Assembly: GCF_018977255.1 (NCBI RefSeq)
Contig: NW_024704742.1
Coordinates: 36,954,001-37,018,000 of the forward strand
Direction: 5' to 3'
Length of the DNA: 64,000 nt
Source of the DNA: Callorhinchus milii
Lineage: Eukaryota
Position 1 is the first letter of the stretch. Every line of letters begins with the position of its first letter. Made by a program: the position numbers and the translations under genes. This document shows positions 13,465 through 25,283 of this stretch, one piece after another. Below the pieces are notes generated by a model. That model did not search any database. It was not told the DNA's origin and worked only from the letters and a program-made list of their open reading frames with translations.

Positions 13465-15017
13465 GTAAATTTCCATATCCGGACGTGAAACTTTTTCTTC
13501 TGCAATCAATCACAAAGAATAATGTTTATGACCCAACCATAGAGCTCTTTGCTCATTGCTTATCTATATTGTTACTGCTCTCTGCCCAGCCATTGGAGGG
13601 AGGCTTAGAGACAAAACCTGACCATTCTCTATTTAGTCGTACAGCTTGAGAAGGTGGCGGGGGCTGGGTGTTGAGATCAGATTCACTCTATTTAAATAAC
13701 ATTTCACATGGTGCAGAATTTGGTAAAGTGTTGGATTCAGACTTAACTTTGAAGTTGGTTTCCTGTAGTTTCGTAAAATGATATATAAAATCGGCTTCAA
13801 TTTCAAAATTACAATTTAGAATTTACCCATTTCTAGACCCAATGAAATGCTATGTCAGTTGAGTAAATTTAGACCCAGTGGAAAATCTCTCCAAAGCAGA
13901 GCAAAGAGAGGGAAGAAAAGGGAACAATATTAATTTGTATCATATCTTTGTGCTCATATACGGTCAATACCAAATTTTAAAAAAGAAAGCCATCGAAATG
14001 TACAGCACAGAAGAAGGCCATTTGGTCAAACTTTTTGACAAAAACACCCATAACAGTCTGAGTTCTGATACTTGTATTGGAGGTAGTGATCTGACCAGGT
14101 TGTATAGTTACAAATGCAGTCCCGTTTAAAGGTACGGAAAATGTACTTAAATCTAAAAGAGAATCGAAAAGCCAGATGGAACTGATTTTTCTAACTGTAT
14201 TATATACAAGAGACATCCTCTGCAACATTCCTGAATAGAATTACATCCTCAGCCAATACGATTCATACAATAAACCTCCTGAGGTATAAAGTATACAAAC
14301 TGGCAGTGGTACTGTAAGATAAGCCACTGTGTTTGAAAGCCACTGCTGGCTATTAAAACTTAAATTAAATCAACTTTAATTAAAATGAATTGATATGACA
14401 TGTAAGATTGCTTGGGGAATTAAAGGAATTCCCATGTATTGGAATATTGCATAATTATTGCCATCTGGATGTGAGTTTGAAGGGAATATAATAAACGACC
14501 TTCATGTCATGTTGTAGTCAGTTCAACAGGCTGGAAACCTGAGTTCAATCCTCACACAAGGGGCCAGGGCTGGGGAAGACGGGATCTGTTTAACTAAGCA
14601 CTTTGGCGTTCAATGGGACAGTATTCAAACCATCAAAACACGCCCAGGAATCTCTTTTATATTCTCCATGATAGTTCACCTACAAAATACACAGTTATAG
14701 TAAATTCTGTGAAGCTATATCAAATGCAAACATCATTATTATAATAAACAAGTATAATTTGAAAGGATATAAATCACATTTGAGTACAGGAAAAGATCAT
14801 TCAACCATTGAGCCTGTTCCACTAGTTTATTACAGATCTTTTAATCCCGATGCCCTGCCCTCAGGCGAGAATGTTACCAACTGAGCCAGGCTGACACCTG
14901 AGTCCCAAAACCCATGTTCTTAAACTGCCATCGTCTTAAAATTGAAGATTAACTTAAACTTTGAAACCAGTTTTAAATTAAGCTTTAGTTTGGAAACCAA
15001 ATAATGAGCACTTGCCT

Positions 15018-15333
15018 TGGGTTTGATTCCTGGGCAGGACGAAAATGTAAGCAAGTTCTCTTACTCTACACGCCTCTGTTTACTTAGCAGTAGGTAGGAA
15101 CCTGGTTGTTATTTGATTGGTGGATCATTTTTCTGGGTGTAATAATCCCTTCGAAAGAAAAAAATGTGGTCACTCAATCCATGCCTGTTTGTGGGACACT
15201 GTTGTACGCAATTGGCTGCTGCGTTTCGCCCACAAAATATACAGTCAATTCACTTTACAGTATATACTGTGAAATGCTTTGAGACATCTCAAAGACGTGA
15301 TAAGGCACTATATCAAATGCAAGGATTATTATT
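15018..15333 (+). mobile_element. tRNA-derived SINE, long subfamily, head truncated
   Basis: B-box remnant, central ctctgtttacttagcagtagg segment, shared tail. Confidence 0.85.
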
Positions 15334-15903
15334 AATGACAGTATCTTTTCAGGACTAGCTTGCAAGATACGACTGTATTGTATTCTAAAGTTACACACCA
15401 CGCAATCTTAAATTTTAAGATGAAGAACATGAGAGATTTCAAGCTTAGTCTTTCGAAATTCAGACCGGAGAACATCATAGTTGATCCTAAGAAAGCGAGA
15501 GAGACAGTTTAATTTCCCTTTTAGCCTGTGGCACTGAGGCACATTGTATCTCTGCTACCAACAGCTTCTCTCAGATCAGCTAACTCTGCATAGACCTACG
15601 TAAACACCTACCTAAATAAAAAAAAGATTTACGTATTTACCTACGTAATTAAAAAAAATTGTTATACTGCTATTCAAGTCAGGAAGAATCACAAACTCAT
15701 TCACAGGGCTTTTACTGTAAAGTGTAGTGGCTATGTATTTTGTAAGTGTATTTACAATTTGACCTAAGATGAAACCTAGGTCTTTGTGACTCAGTTCCAA
15801 ACGGACAGCACGGAGTCCAGTGTAATAACTGTCATATGAGTGCAACCTGTAGACTAACCAATATGCTCTTCCAGAGAATTAAAAATTGATATCCCTTTTG
15901 CAG

Positions 15904-16987
15904 GTACAGTGCTGGTTCAGCAATTAATGTCGGTCTTGATAAGTGAACATAACAGGTTATTTCCCAAAGAAGGAGAGGAGATTCAGACCAGGCAGGATGG
16001 GTGCAACAACAACAATGAAATGCCAAAGAAAACCACAGTAACGTTTCCACAGCCTCTGAATAAAGAGAACAAAAAGCCAACGCCCGAGGCAGTTCGTCAG
16101 TGTTCCTGGGACAATTCAGAAACTTCACAAAGGGCAAGCAATGAGTGCGGGTCTCCAACTGCCCTGAACAGCAGCAACAGATCGGGGAGCCCCAGGACCA
16201 GCCTGAGCAAAGTGGATGTTAACAGAAGTCCACCTGTCATGGTGAAAAAAAATCCTGCGTATTCCAAGGGTAGTGGCATAGTCACCAACGGCTCCTTCAG
16301 CAGTCCTACCGAGAACCAGGAGAAAATGCAATCGTTGCCAAACGGAAGCCTGCAGGCCAGAAGGAACTCATCACTAAAAGGAACTGGGACTAAAATGGGG
16401 ACCGGCAGTGTGCAGAATGGGGGAGTGAGAATGGGAATCTCCAGTGCAGATATGATGAATTCCTCTTTAAACAACCGAATTGGAAGCTGGATGCCCAATG
16501 GGTATGTGACATTGAGAGACAGTAAGTCCAAGGACTTGGGACTCAGTGAATCTATGCAACAGAATAGACTGTCCACCTATGACAATGTTCAGCAGCAATT
16601 TTTACTTTCAAACTGTGACGACAAGCAAAGCGTGGACAGTGCCACCTGGTCCACCTCATCCTGTGAGATCTCTCTGCTAGAGAATTCAAATTCCTGTCGC
16701 TCCTCCACGACCACCTGCCCAGACCAAGATATTTACGTGGGGAACTATGAGGACCCGGCGTTGGAGGGACCGGCACACGAGCAGTCCCTTCAGACGGAAT
16801 ACGAGAACAAGTATGAGCGGAGTAGTGGGGGCAGTCGCAGTAGCCGTGGGACTAATAGCAGTGATAACAGTGACACATTTGTCTCTAATGCTTCTACGGG
16901 CAATCACAGTGCTTTGCACAGTCTGGTTGCAAGCCTGAAGCAAGAGGTAACCAAGCAGAAGATTGAGTATGAAGCAAGAATAAAAAG
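15904..16987 (+). CDS. ARHGAP24: ARHGAP24 large penultimate exon (Ser-rich spacer and start of coiled coil)
   Basis: ttttgcAG acceptor, GTaggc donor; 1084 nt; motifs KGSGIVTNGSFSS, NRLSTYDNV, SATWSTSSCEIS, HSALHSLV are those I recall from ARHGAP24/FilGAP. Confidence 0.95.
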
Positions 16988-17689
16988 GTAGGCACCTTTC
17001 AGTGAATAAAATCACTTTTGTTTCTGGTGCATTTTGTGCACATCGGGGGGGGAATGTGCTAGGAAATGGAACATTTTTCCATTTTAGGTCCGTGGTATCA
17101 GCATCAAACTCTGCAGTTAAGTTCCACACATTCTGCTGCTCCGTAAAGCTACTCAAACATTAAGCCTTAAATACAAATTCAGAAGAATTCCTTTCCGATA
17201 ATGGGAATCCCTGATGATGGACATCATGTCTATCATTGGCACTCATACTTAACCCCATAATATATGCCTCAAAATTGTCTGGTATCTTATTGTCACCACA
17301 CAGATGAGCTGACATCACCTTTGAAAGCAATACTTTGGCTGAGGTAGGTCTTAACAGTTGTATCCATTATCTACATGTGGTGCAAGCAAAATAAAATTTG
17401 CTTGCAAATAAATAGGAATAAGTACTGTTTATGTAAATTTATTAGAACATCTGAGATTTGTTTTCAGCTCATGTTACTATATTTTTAGAAATGTTGCTCA
17501 GTGTTAGGTGTACATCAATGATGCTGAGCATGAAATCGTAAAGAGACTTTCCCAGCACTGTACTATGTACTGCCTGGGCCTTGGCTTACAGGACTGTGGT
17601 TATGTCTACCTTGGTTGACTATGGACCTACAACTCCTGAGCAGCATGCTATTATAGTAATACATAAATATATAATGCCAACATTTGATA

Positions 17690-18004
17690 TAATAATCATA
17701 ATAATCTTTGCATTTGATATGCCGCTTTTCACGTCTTCTCGACGTCTTAAAGCGCTTCACAAAATATGCTGTAAAGTGAATTGACCTTATATTGTGGGCA
17801 AAACGCGGCAGCCAATTGCGCACAGCAGTGTCCCACAAACAGTCGTGGATTGAAAATGACCAATTTATTATTGTTTTGTTTTGGAAGGATTATTATTAGG
17901 TGTGTGGAGTAAGGAAATTTGCCCAAGGTTTCGCCCTGCCTGGAATTGAACCCAGGTGTCTCACTTGCAAGGCAAGTGCTCTAACCACTGAGCTACAGGA
18001 CTCC
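17690..18004 (-). mobile_element. tRNA-derived SINE, short subfamily, full length
   Basis: close match to 1861-2182. Confidence 0.88.
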
Positions 18005-18084
18005 TGTAGGATATGTAGGATAAAAAACCCTTTCATGTCAAGAGGACCTATCAATAATTATTACCTGATAATAATCCTTCAATN

Positions 18085-18308
18085 AAAAAAATAATAATTT
18101 GGACAATCAATCCACGACTTTGTGGGACCACTAGCTTATGCAGTGCATACCTGGAGAGTACTTCATGTTTTGATTGCTGTGTGCAATTGGCTGCTGCGTT
18201 TCGCCCACAAATATACAGTCAATTCACTTTACATTATATTCTGTGAAGCTCTTTAAGACGTCTTGAAGACATGAAAAGCGCTATATGAAATGCAAAGTTT
18301 ATTATTAT
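18085..18308 (+). mobile_element. SINE 3' half carrying a 46-bp insertion
   Basis: shared body/tail interrupted at 18131-18176. Confidence 0.8.
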
Positions 18309-18344
18309 TTATCAAAGGGTGGTGACTCTAGGGTCGTGACTGCA

Positions 18345-18830
18345 ATAATAATAATTTGGTATAGCACCTTATAACGTTGGAAGGACGTCTCATAGGACTT
18401 CACAGGATTTACTGTGAAAGGGAGTGACTGTGTATTTCTAAGCAAATGTGACAGCACAATTGCGAGTAGCAATATCCCACAAACAGTCATAAAAAAAGTA
18501 ACCAATTTTATTTGGGGGGTTGTTGGCCAGAACAGTGGGAGAAACTCCCTTCTCTTTTCAAATATTGCCATGGGATTTTTAATATCCTCTTGAAGAGATG
18601 GATGGGGCATCAGTTTGACATCTCATCCGAAAGATTGTGCTCTGAGATGCAGTCCGGCGTGGAGGGCGCTATATAAATCCAAATAGTTGTTGTTGCCTGT
18701 GACAATGCAACATCCCTCCCAGTGCTGGATTGGAATGTCACCTTAGACTATGTGAGTTCAAGTCCTGACATGGGATTTGAACCCACACAACCTTCTGATT
18801 CAGAGGATAAACTTCTGCCATTGAGCCAAA
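18345..18830 (-). mobile_element. Deu-domain-type SINE interrupted by a short L2-tail fragment (about 18640-18695)
   Basis: same core and head as 51545-51970. Confidence 0.7.
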
Positions 18831-19194
18831 ATGATTGTATAGGGTGGGTGGTGATTAGAAAGGTCCTACTGGTCAGGTTTAGGTTAAGCAACCTCTAGTT
18901 TATGCAGTGCATGCCTGGAGAGCACTTCATGTTTTGATTGGATAAACAGTATCAAAATAGGGTTTGATCAAGTCTGTTTCTACTTCTGAACATACTTACA
19001 CACCTATCATTTTAAACAAGTTTTGTAAAAAAATATATTTCCAGACATCACTATTCACTGTAACGTATCTCTCTCTGGCTCCAGACCTCAATTTTTATAT
19101 ATTTAAATGCAACATGGGCGCTCAGACAGAGACAGCTACAACTAGGGGCTGATGTCTCACAAACAAGTTGCCATTACTTGCTTTTCTAAATCAG

Positions 19195-19585
19195 CCTCGT
19201 TCAGGTAGTACTCTTGTCTCTCATTCAGAAGTTTGTGGGTTCATGCCCTCTGATGGGACTTTGAACTCACAAGCTAGGCTGGTTGGGAGAGCTGCATTGT
19301 TGGATGAAATGTTAAATGGAGGTCCCATCTGCCTGTTCAAATGAACGTTAAAAATCCTATGGCACTCTTCGGAAAAGAGAAGGGATTTTTTTCCTGGTGT
19401 CCTGGCCAACATTCCTGCCAGATAAACTTGGCTGTTTGCTTCATCGCTGTTTGTCGGACATTGCTGTGATTATTTGGCTACGTTTTCTCACATAAAATGT
19501 AGTCACTGCACTTTAAAGCCCTTGAAGCTTTTTGAGACATCCTTCTGATGTGAAAGGCTATTTAAAATGCAACAATTATTATTAG
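19195..19585 (+). mobile_element. Deu-domain-type SINE
   Basis: same head and core; further copies at about 20640-21005 (+) and 60690-60975 (-). Confidence 0.7.
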
Positions 19586-20207
19586 TAGTATTTTCTATGC
19601 CAGTTAACCATGACAGTAAGATGCCAGCAGGATGACAGAGAACGCATGTTGACTTGAGAACAGAGGCAGACCAATCTATAGCATTGAACGGACATATTTC
19701 TTGGTATTTGCTTGATGCAAACTTTATATTTTAAAATGTAAACTAGTGTCGTCATCTACTCCAAAAATATATCTTAGCCCCAATCTCACAAAAGCATTTC
19801 CATAATCTTAACTGTATGACATTTTCCAATTACCACATAATCTTTCTCTCTTGAGTGAGGTTGTCAATTTATTAATAATAAGAACAATCCTTAAATTTGG
19901 TGTCACCCTTTCACATCGGAAGGAAGTCCCAAAGCGTTTCATGTGATTTATTGTGAAGTGTTTCTTTGTGTTTTTGACTGTTTTTTGTGGGCTAACTCTG
20001 CATTTGAGGTTTGGGAACCAATACCCACTGAAGCTGGGAAAAATTACTTATTTTAATATTATTTTCTTTTTAAAACAAATTAATGAAGTTCAAACAACCA
20101 CACTTTTCTGGATGTTCTGAAGTAGAACTGGACTAAACTTGGTGCACCTATACCAGTTTACATGGAAAAGTTTCTTTTTGTTAAGAAAAGTTGTGTTAAA
20201 ATTGTGT

Positions 20208-20423
20208 AATAATAATAATAATAATCCTTGCATTTGATATAGCGCTTTTCACGTCTTCTAGACGTCCCAAAGCGCTTCACAGAATATATTGTAAAGTGAA
20301 TTGATTGTATATTTGTGGGCGAACGCGGCAGCCAATTGCGCACAGCAATGTCCCACAAACAGTCGTGGATTGAAAATGACCAATTTATTATTGTTTTGTT
20401 TTGGAGGGATTATTATTAGGCGT
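20208..20423 (-). mobile_element. SINE, short subfamily, 5' truncated
   Basis: near-consensus body and tail. Confidence 0.85.
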
Positions 20424-21078
20424 ATACATAGATGTAGAGAAAGACATAATAAACTGGCAGGACATCCTGGATGGGCTGAAGGGCCTCCTCCTGCCTATTA
20501 TATTCCTGTAACTATTGTATATGCCATATGGATATATATCCACTGTGTTGAAATAATCATCTTAAACTGACTGTCCAAAATGAATACCACGAACTTTCGG
20601 TCCACATCTACCCATCACATTTAACTCACACAATCTAGGCTGATGCTCCAAAACAGTGCTGGAGTGTGCTGTATTGTTGCATGAGACATTAAAAAAAATC
20701 ACGGTCACATCTTTCTGTTCAGGTGGCTGTTAAAGATCCCGTTGGTACTATTTTGAAGGAGAAGGGAGTTTCTCCCTGGTGTCCTAACCAACAAGCCCGC
20801 AGATAAAATTAATCACTCACTACATCGCCTATAACCCACAAACAGCCAATGAAGTGAATGACTTCACTGAAGGCAATTGGTTTCTCCCCACAAAATACAC
20901 AGTTCCTACACTTTACAATAAATCCTGTGAAGCGTTTTGAGACGTCCTCCTGACATGCAAGGCTTTGTATCAAATGCCGGTATTATTATTGGGATTATTA
21001 TTATTATTCATCAGCATTGAGTATTTTGCCACTTTCTTGCTTATTTGTAATTAATCACTAATTTTATGCTGTTATCAG

Positions 21079-21322
21079 TGTGGAGCAGAAGAATGTAGAG
21101 CTGGAGTCTGAATTGATGGTGCTGCATGAAGAGCTGGACCAGGAGAGGAAGAAGTACACCATGGTGGAAATCAAAATGAGGAACACCGAACGTGCCCGGG
21201 AGGATGCGGAGAAACGGAATGAAATGTTACAGAAGGAAATGGAGCAATTTTTCTCAACGTTTGGAGATCTGACTGTGGAGCCAAGAAGGCCAGAGAGGAA
21301 TAATACCATCTGGATACAATAA
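21079..21322 (+). CDS. ARHGAP24: ARHGAP24 last coding exon (coiled coil, ...[28 protein letters not shown])
   Basis: gttatcAG acceptor; TAA at 21320-21322; the TIWIQ C-terminus distinguishes ARHGAP24 from ARHGAP22/25. Confidence 0.95.
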
Positions 21323-22029
21323 AGGTCAAAGCATTGAGACTGTGGCTATAGAGTACAAAACCAGGTGACTGGTCACCTGTCTGGAGATAGCACTCAATAA
21401 CATTAAACACGTTGGAGGAAAAGAAAGTACATTTCAACATGAGTTGCCAGTATTTTAGTTGTGTACTTACCACGTTACTATAACCTATAAACTCCCATGT
21501 AATTATGTTACTGTTAAGTGTTACAGCTGGTTGTGTATATAGCTTAAAAACAAAATCAGTGGCATCTGTAAGACTATGTATTTCAAAGCAAAACAGGAAA
21601 CCTTTAATGAAAGTCTTGTATTTAAACTGCAGAAATTAATATTGTTGTGTCGCAATTAAGCTTTTTATCGAGGCTTTTACCTTGCACTTAATGTAAGCTA
21701 TTTTTTAGCATCGTGGTATGGTTGGGTTTTTTTGTAATTAAATTTTTTTTGAAAACTGCCCGCGCCCCCCCCCCCCCTCCTCCCCATCCCTTTTTCTTGC
21801 AGGGGATGAGAGAATCCTGAGAGGTCCAGAGGCGATTCGGAAGAGGGATTCTAAATATTGACTTGTGTGATGCCGCTTTACTTGCTTTACCATTTTACTT
21901 GTTCATGACCAAAAAAATGTGTACATATTTTATAAAAAATATAACAGATGGATTACCTAAACCTCCTTCTTGGTGTGTTGCTTTGTTCCATAATGCCGTA
22001 TTGTCATACTCAGCAGAGTACACTAACAG

Positions 22030-22565
22030 CAATTTACATTTGTATATCATCTTTCACATCTGGAGGGCATCCCAAAGCACTTCAAGCAACTCACTGGGAG
22101 CCTGAATTGGGAGGGGAAGAGGGTGGGGGAGGGGGGCTGAGATGGAGTGGTGGTGAGGATAAGAAAGTTGACTGAAACCTGTGGTTGAAGGGATTGGTCT
22201 TAAAGGGAGATTTGAAGGTACGAAGAGGGAGATGGCAATACAGTGGGACCCTGTGATGGAGTTTCAGAGGGTGGGGGAGGATGAAGCAGACCAGTGTTTG
22301 CTTAACGGAGAGAGCAGCCTGGGGCAATAGGTCGCAGGAAGTCACAAAAGTAAGGAGGGTTGAAGCCATGGAGGCATCAGAAGATGAGGATGAGAATCAT
22401 GAATTTGATTCACTGGGGAATGGGAAGCCAATGGAGCTGAGTGAAGTTGGGGGTGACAGGCTTGAAGATCCCAGTGCAGGAGAGGACATAGAATGCAGAA
22501 TTCTGGATAGTTTGTAGCTTGTGGAGAGAGAAACGGACAAATTCAGTGAGAAGCCCAATGCAATA
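22030..22565 (-). mobile_element. Degenerate L2 3' fragment
   Basis: purine-rich plus strand similar to the 38400-39000 L2 segment, with tail at the left end. Confidence 0.65.
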
Positions 22566-22798
22566 GTCAAAGATAGATTTTTTTTCTGATCAGCTGGGTG
22601 TCTGATACATTCGGAAACTTATCACCGTGCTTAAGAGTATCCAAACCAAACAGTGTTCCATGATTCCCACCAATACATGGAAATTCCTGAGGCATTTATT
22701 GGAATGGAATACGCACTTCCTGGAGGGACACATCCTGCTTACTTAATTCCTGAGAGTATGAGGCACAGGTTGGCAACAGCCAAGGCTTGGGGACTCTA

Positions 22799-23060
22799 AT
22801 AATAATAATAATAATAATAATCCTTGCATTTGATATAGCGCTTTTAACGTCGGGAGGACGTCCCAAAGCGATTCACAGAACACACTGTAAAGTGAATTGA
22901 CTGTATATTTGTGGGCGAACGCGGCAGCCAATTGCGCACAGCAATGTCCCACAAACAGTCGTGGATTGAAAATGAACAATTTATTATTGTTTTGTTTTTT
23001 GGAGGGATGATTATTAGGCGTGTGGAGTAAGGAAACTTGCCCAAGGTTTCGCCCTGCCTG
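22799..23060 (-). mobile_element. SINE, short subfamily, 5' truncated, with 8-bp target-site duplication
   Basis: GGACTCTA at 22791-22798 and 23060-23067. Confidence 0.88.
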
Positions 23061-23289
23061 GACTCTAGATGGTGCATCTGGTACCACTGGTGTCTAACCA
23101 GCTAAAACCGCAGCTAGAACTCCCTCTCCAATAGGGCTTTGGCTTACAGGGTTGCAGGAAATGAGGGGCAAGAGTCCCTGCCCCCAATCAGTGGACTGCC
23201 CTTCCAAGTCCCGCCGATGGGCTGGCTTTGCTGTCATCAGCAGTGCCCTGGAATAGTGCATACACACCTGGCTCAGGAACTGGACTACC

Positions 23290-23630
23290 TGTAGAGTCCT
23301 GTAGGTGTATTGAGGAACTGGGTTCGATTCCCAGGTAGAGTGAAACATTGGGCATGTTTCCTTGCTCCACACGCCTCTATTTACTTATCAGTAAGTCGGT
23401 TAGTTGATTGGTGGATCGGGGGTAATATTTCCTTGAAAAGTAAATAATGATAACAATACTTTGTTCACTGGGGATACGACTGTTTGTGGGACACTACTGG
23501 GCGCAATTGTCTGCTGTGTTTCTCCCACAAAATATACAATTATTGCACTTTAAAGTATATTCTGTGAAGTGCTTTGAGAAGTCTCGCAGACGTGATAAGC
23601 GCTATATCAAATACAAGAACTTATTATTAC
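23290..23630 (+). mobile_element. SINE, long subfamily, diverged
   Basis: head remnant, central segment, tail. Confidence 0.8.
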
Positions 23631-23974
23631 CGAGACCACCACAGGGGATGGACTCGATTCTGCCATTCTGTTGTCAAGCTATTCACCTTGGAGACATTTC
23701 AGCTCCAAGAAGACCCAGCTTACGTCCCCCTTCCTCAAGGAGGATAGTCACTAGTTGGTCATTCGACATCCAACAAGCGCGGGTATCAAAGATAGCTGGG
23801 GGTGGGGGGGGGCACACCAGATTCCACACAAACTCAGTGAGGTAGAGTGAGCATCCATGCAGGTTGATAACTTGATGTAGTTTGCCTGAGGTGAGGAGGT
23901 CCTGATAGAAGCCAACTAGAAGTGCCTTGGTCTTGTAAACATTGAGCTGTGGAAAGTTAGAGCTTATCCAGGTT

Positions 23975-24230
23975 TTGGTATCTGACAGGCATAATTACGG
24001 TCAGCACAGCATTGATCCTTAAATCACAGGTATAGGCAGAGAGGTGGTGTTGGGTGTCATCTGCATCCAGAGGAAAGTGGACGCCATACCCCAGGAAGAT
24101 ATCATCAAGGGGGAATTATAGAGCTGGTAAAGAAGAGAGAACTGAGGATAGAGCCCTGAGGAACAATACATGTGACTGGGCGAGAGTGGGAGGAGAAGCC
24201 ATTAGAGAACCCAAATTGTAGGCTCTGGGA
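23975..24230 (-). mobile_element. Old L2 RT fragment
   Basis: minus strand reads a degenerate ADDTQ motif (plus: gggtgtcatctgcat) and GVPQGS-like segment. Confidence 0.5.
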
Positions 24231-25277
24231 TAGGACAGAGACATGGAGATGAGGCTTGAGGCTTTTTAATTCTAAACCTGTTGCTCTTTAGTTCTCTTAT
24301 TGTCTTAAGTCGAATAAACCTGTTTGCATCTATGCCTCTCATCAATTTAAACAGCTGGATTATGTCTCTTCTCCATGCTCTTTCATCTTTTTTTCAAAAA
24401 AACGATTAAACCCTGTCCGTCTCTTTTCATAACTTGGTGCTCAAAATCTTTGAGTCAGTCCTCTATTGTTCTCTAAACTTGGCAGATAAAGTTTAATATA
24501 ACATGTAAGGTGGTACAAATAGTGGATGGGAACATGTTCCAAATGGGGAAACAATCGGAAGTGTAAAGGAGCAAATAAATAAAAATAATCCTTGCATTTG
24601 ATATAGTACCTTATCACGTTGTTGAGATGTCTCAAAAGGATCTAGGGATCCAAGTCCTTAAATTGTTAAAATCTAGTTTGTAGGTAGCTCAACCTATTCT
24701 ACAAATGCAACTTGCATTTATATAGCGCCCTTTTTGTAGTCTAGCAACATACATTAGTTTTGAGATTGTGTTGGGGTGAATCACTAGATTAATGGCTAAA
24801 AAAAAGGTTTAGCTGAACTGAATCAAAGAGGCTAAGGGGTGATCTGATTGAGGGTTTTAAAAATAATGAAGGGAATTGACAAGCTAGATGATACAGCAGC
24901 AGAGGGATCCAAAACAAGGGGCATAATATTAAAATTAGAGCTAGGATGGTTAGAAGTGAAGATCACAATACAAGTGTATTTTTTCACACAAATGGATGTG
25001 AAAATGATGGGAACTCGGTTTTAACAATTCACCTGAAGGATGGCACCTCAGACAATATAGCGCTTCCCCAGAATTGCACTGGAGTGGCAAACTAGACTTG
25101 TGATCTCTACATCCTCCTTTTTACATGATCAATAGCTAAATCACTCCAGCACCTCATCTCGAGGCCAAGATATGGATGCAATTCCAAAACTGTCATGAGA
25201 ATCACGGATGGCAACGTGCCATGTAATTGATCAATCATTACACAATTGAGAAATCATTTCCCATTTCAAAGGTATCT

Positions 25278-25283
25278 TTTATT
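25278..25283 (-). terminator. Candidate distal polyadenylation signal of MAPK10
   Basis: AATAAA on minus strand preceded by several TGTA motifs, at the edge of a repeat-poor block. Confidence 0.4.

Noticed and set aside
15901..15909. cAG-gtacAG possible in-frame alternative acceptor (minus 2 residues)
   Set aside because: Common by chance; the upstream AG gives the expected EGTV sequence.
16097..17156. Antisense ORFs of 159 and 156 aa over the large ARHGAP24 exon
   Set aside because: Shadow ORFs of a coding exon; no independent motif or splice support.
21318..21323. AATAAA overlapping the ARHGAP24 last codon and stop; ATTAAA at 21737-21742
   Set aside because: The first is a by-product of CAA-TAA-A; neither has enough context to call the poly(A) site without transcript data.
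21758..21790. Poly-C/poly-G runs (also 9550-9570, 28217-28245, 32904-32925) as G-quadruplexes
   Set aside because: Low-complexity homopolymers with no further support; lengths may be unreliable.
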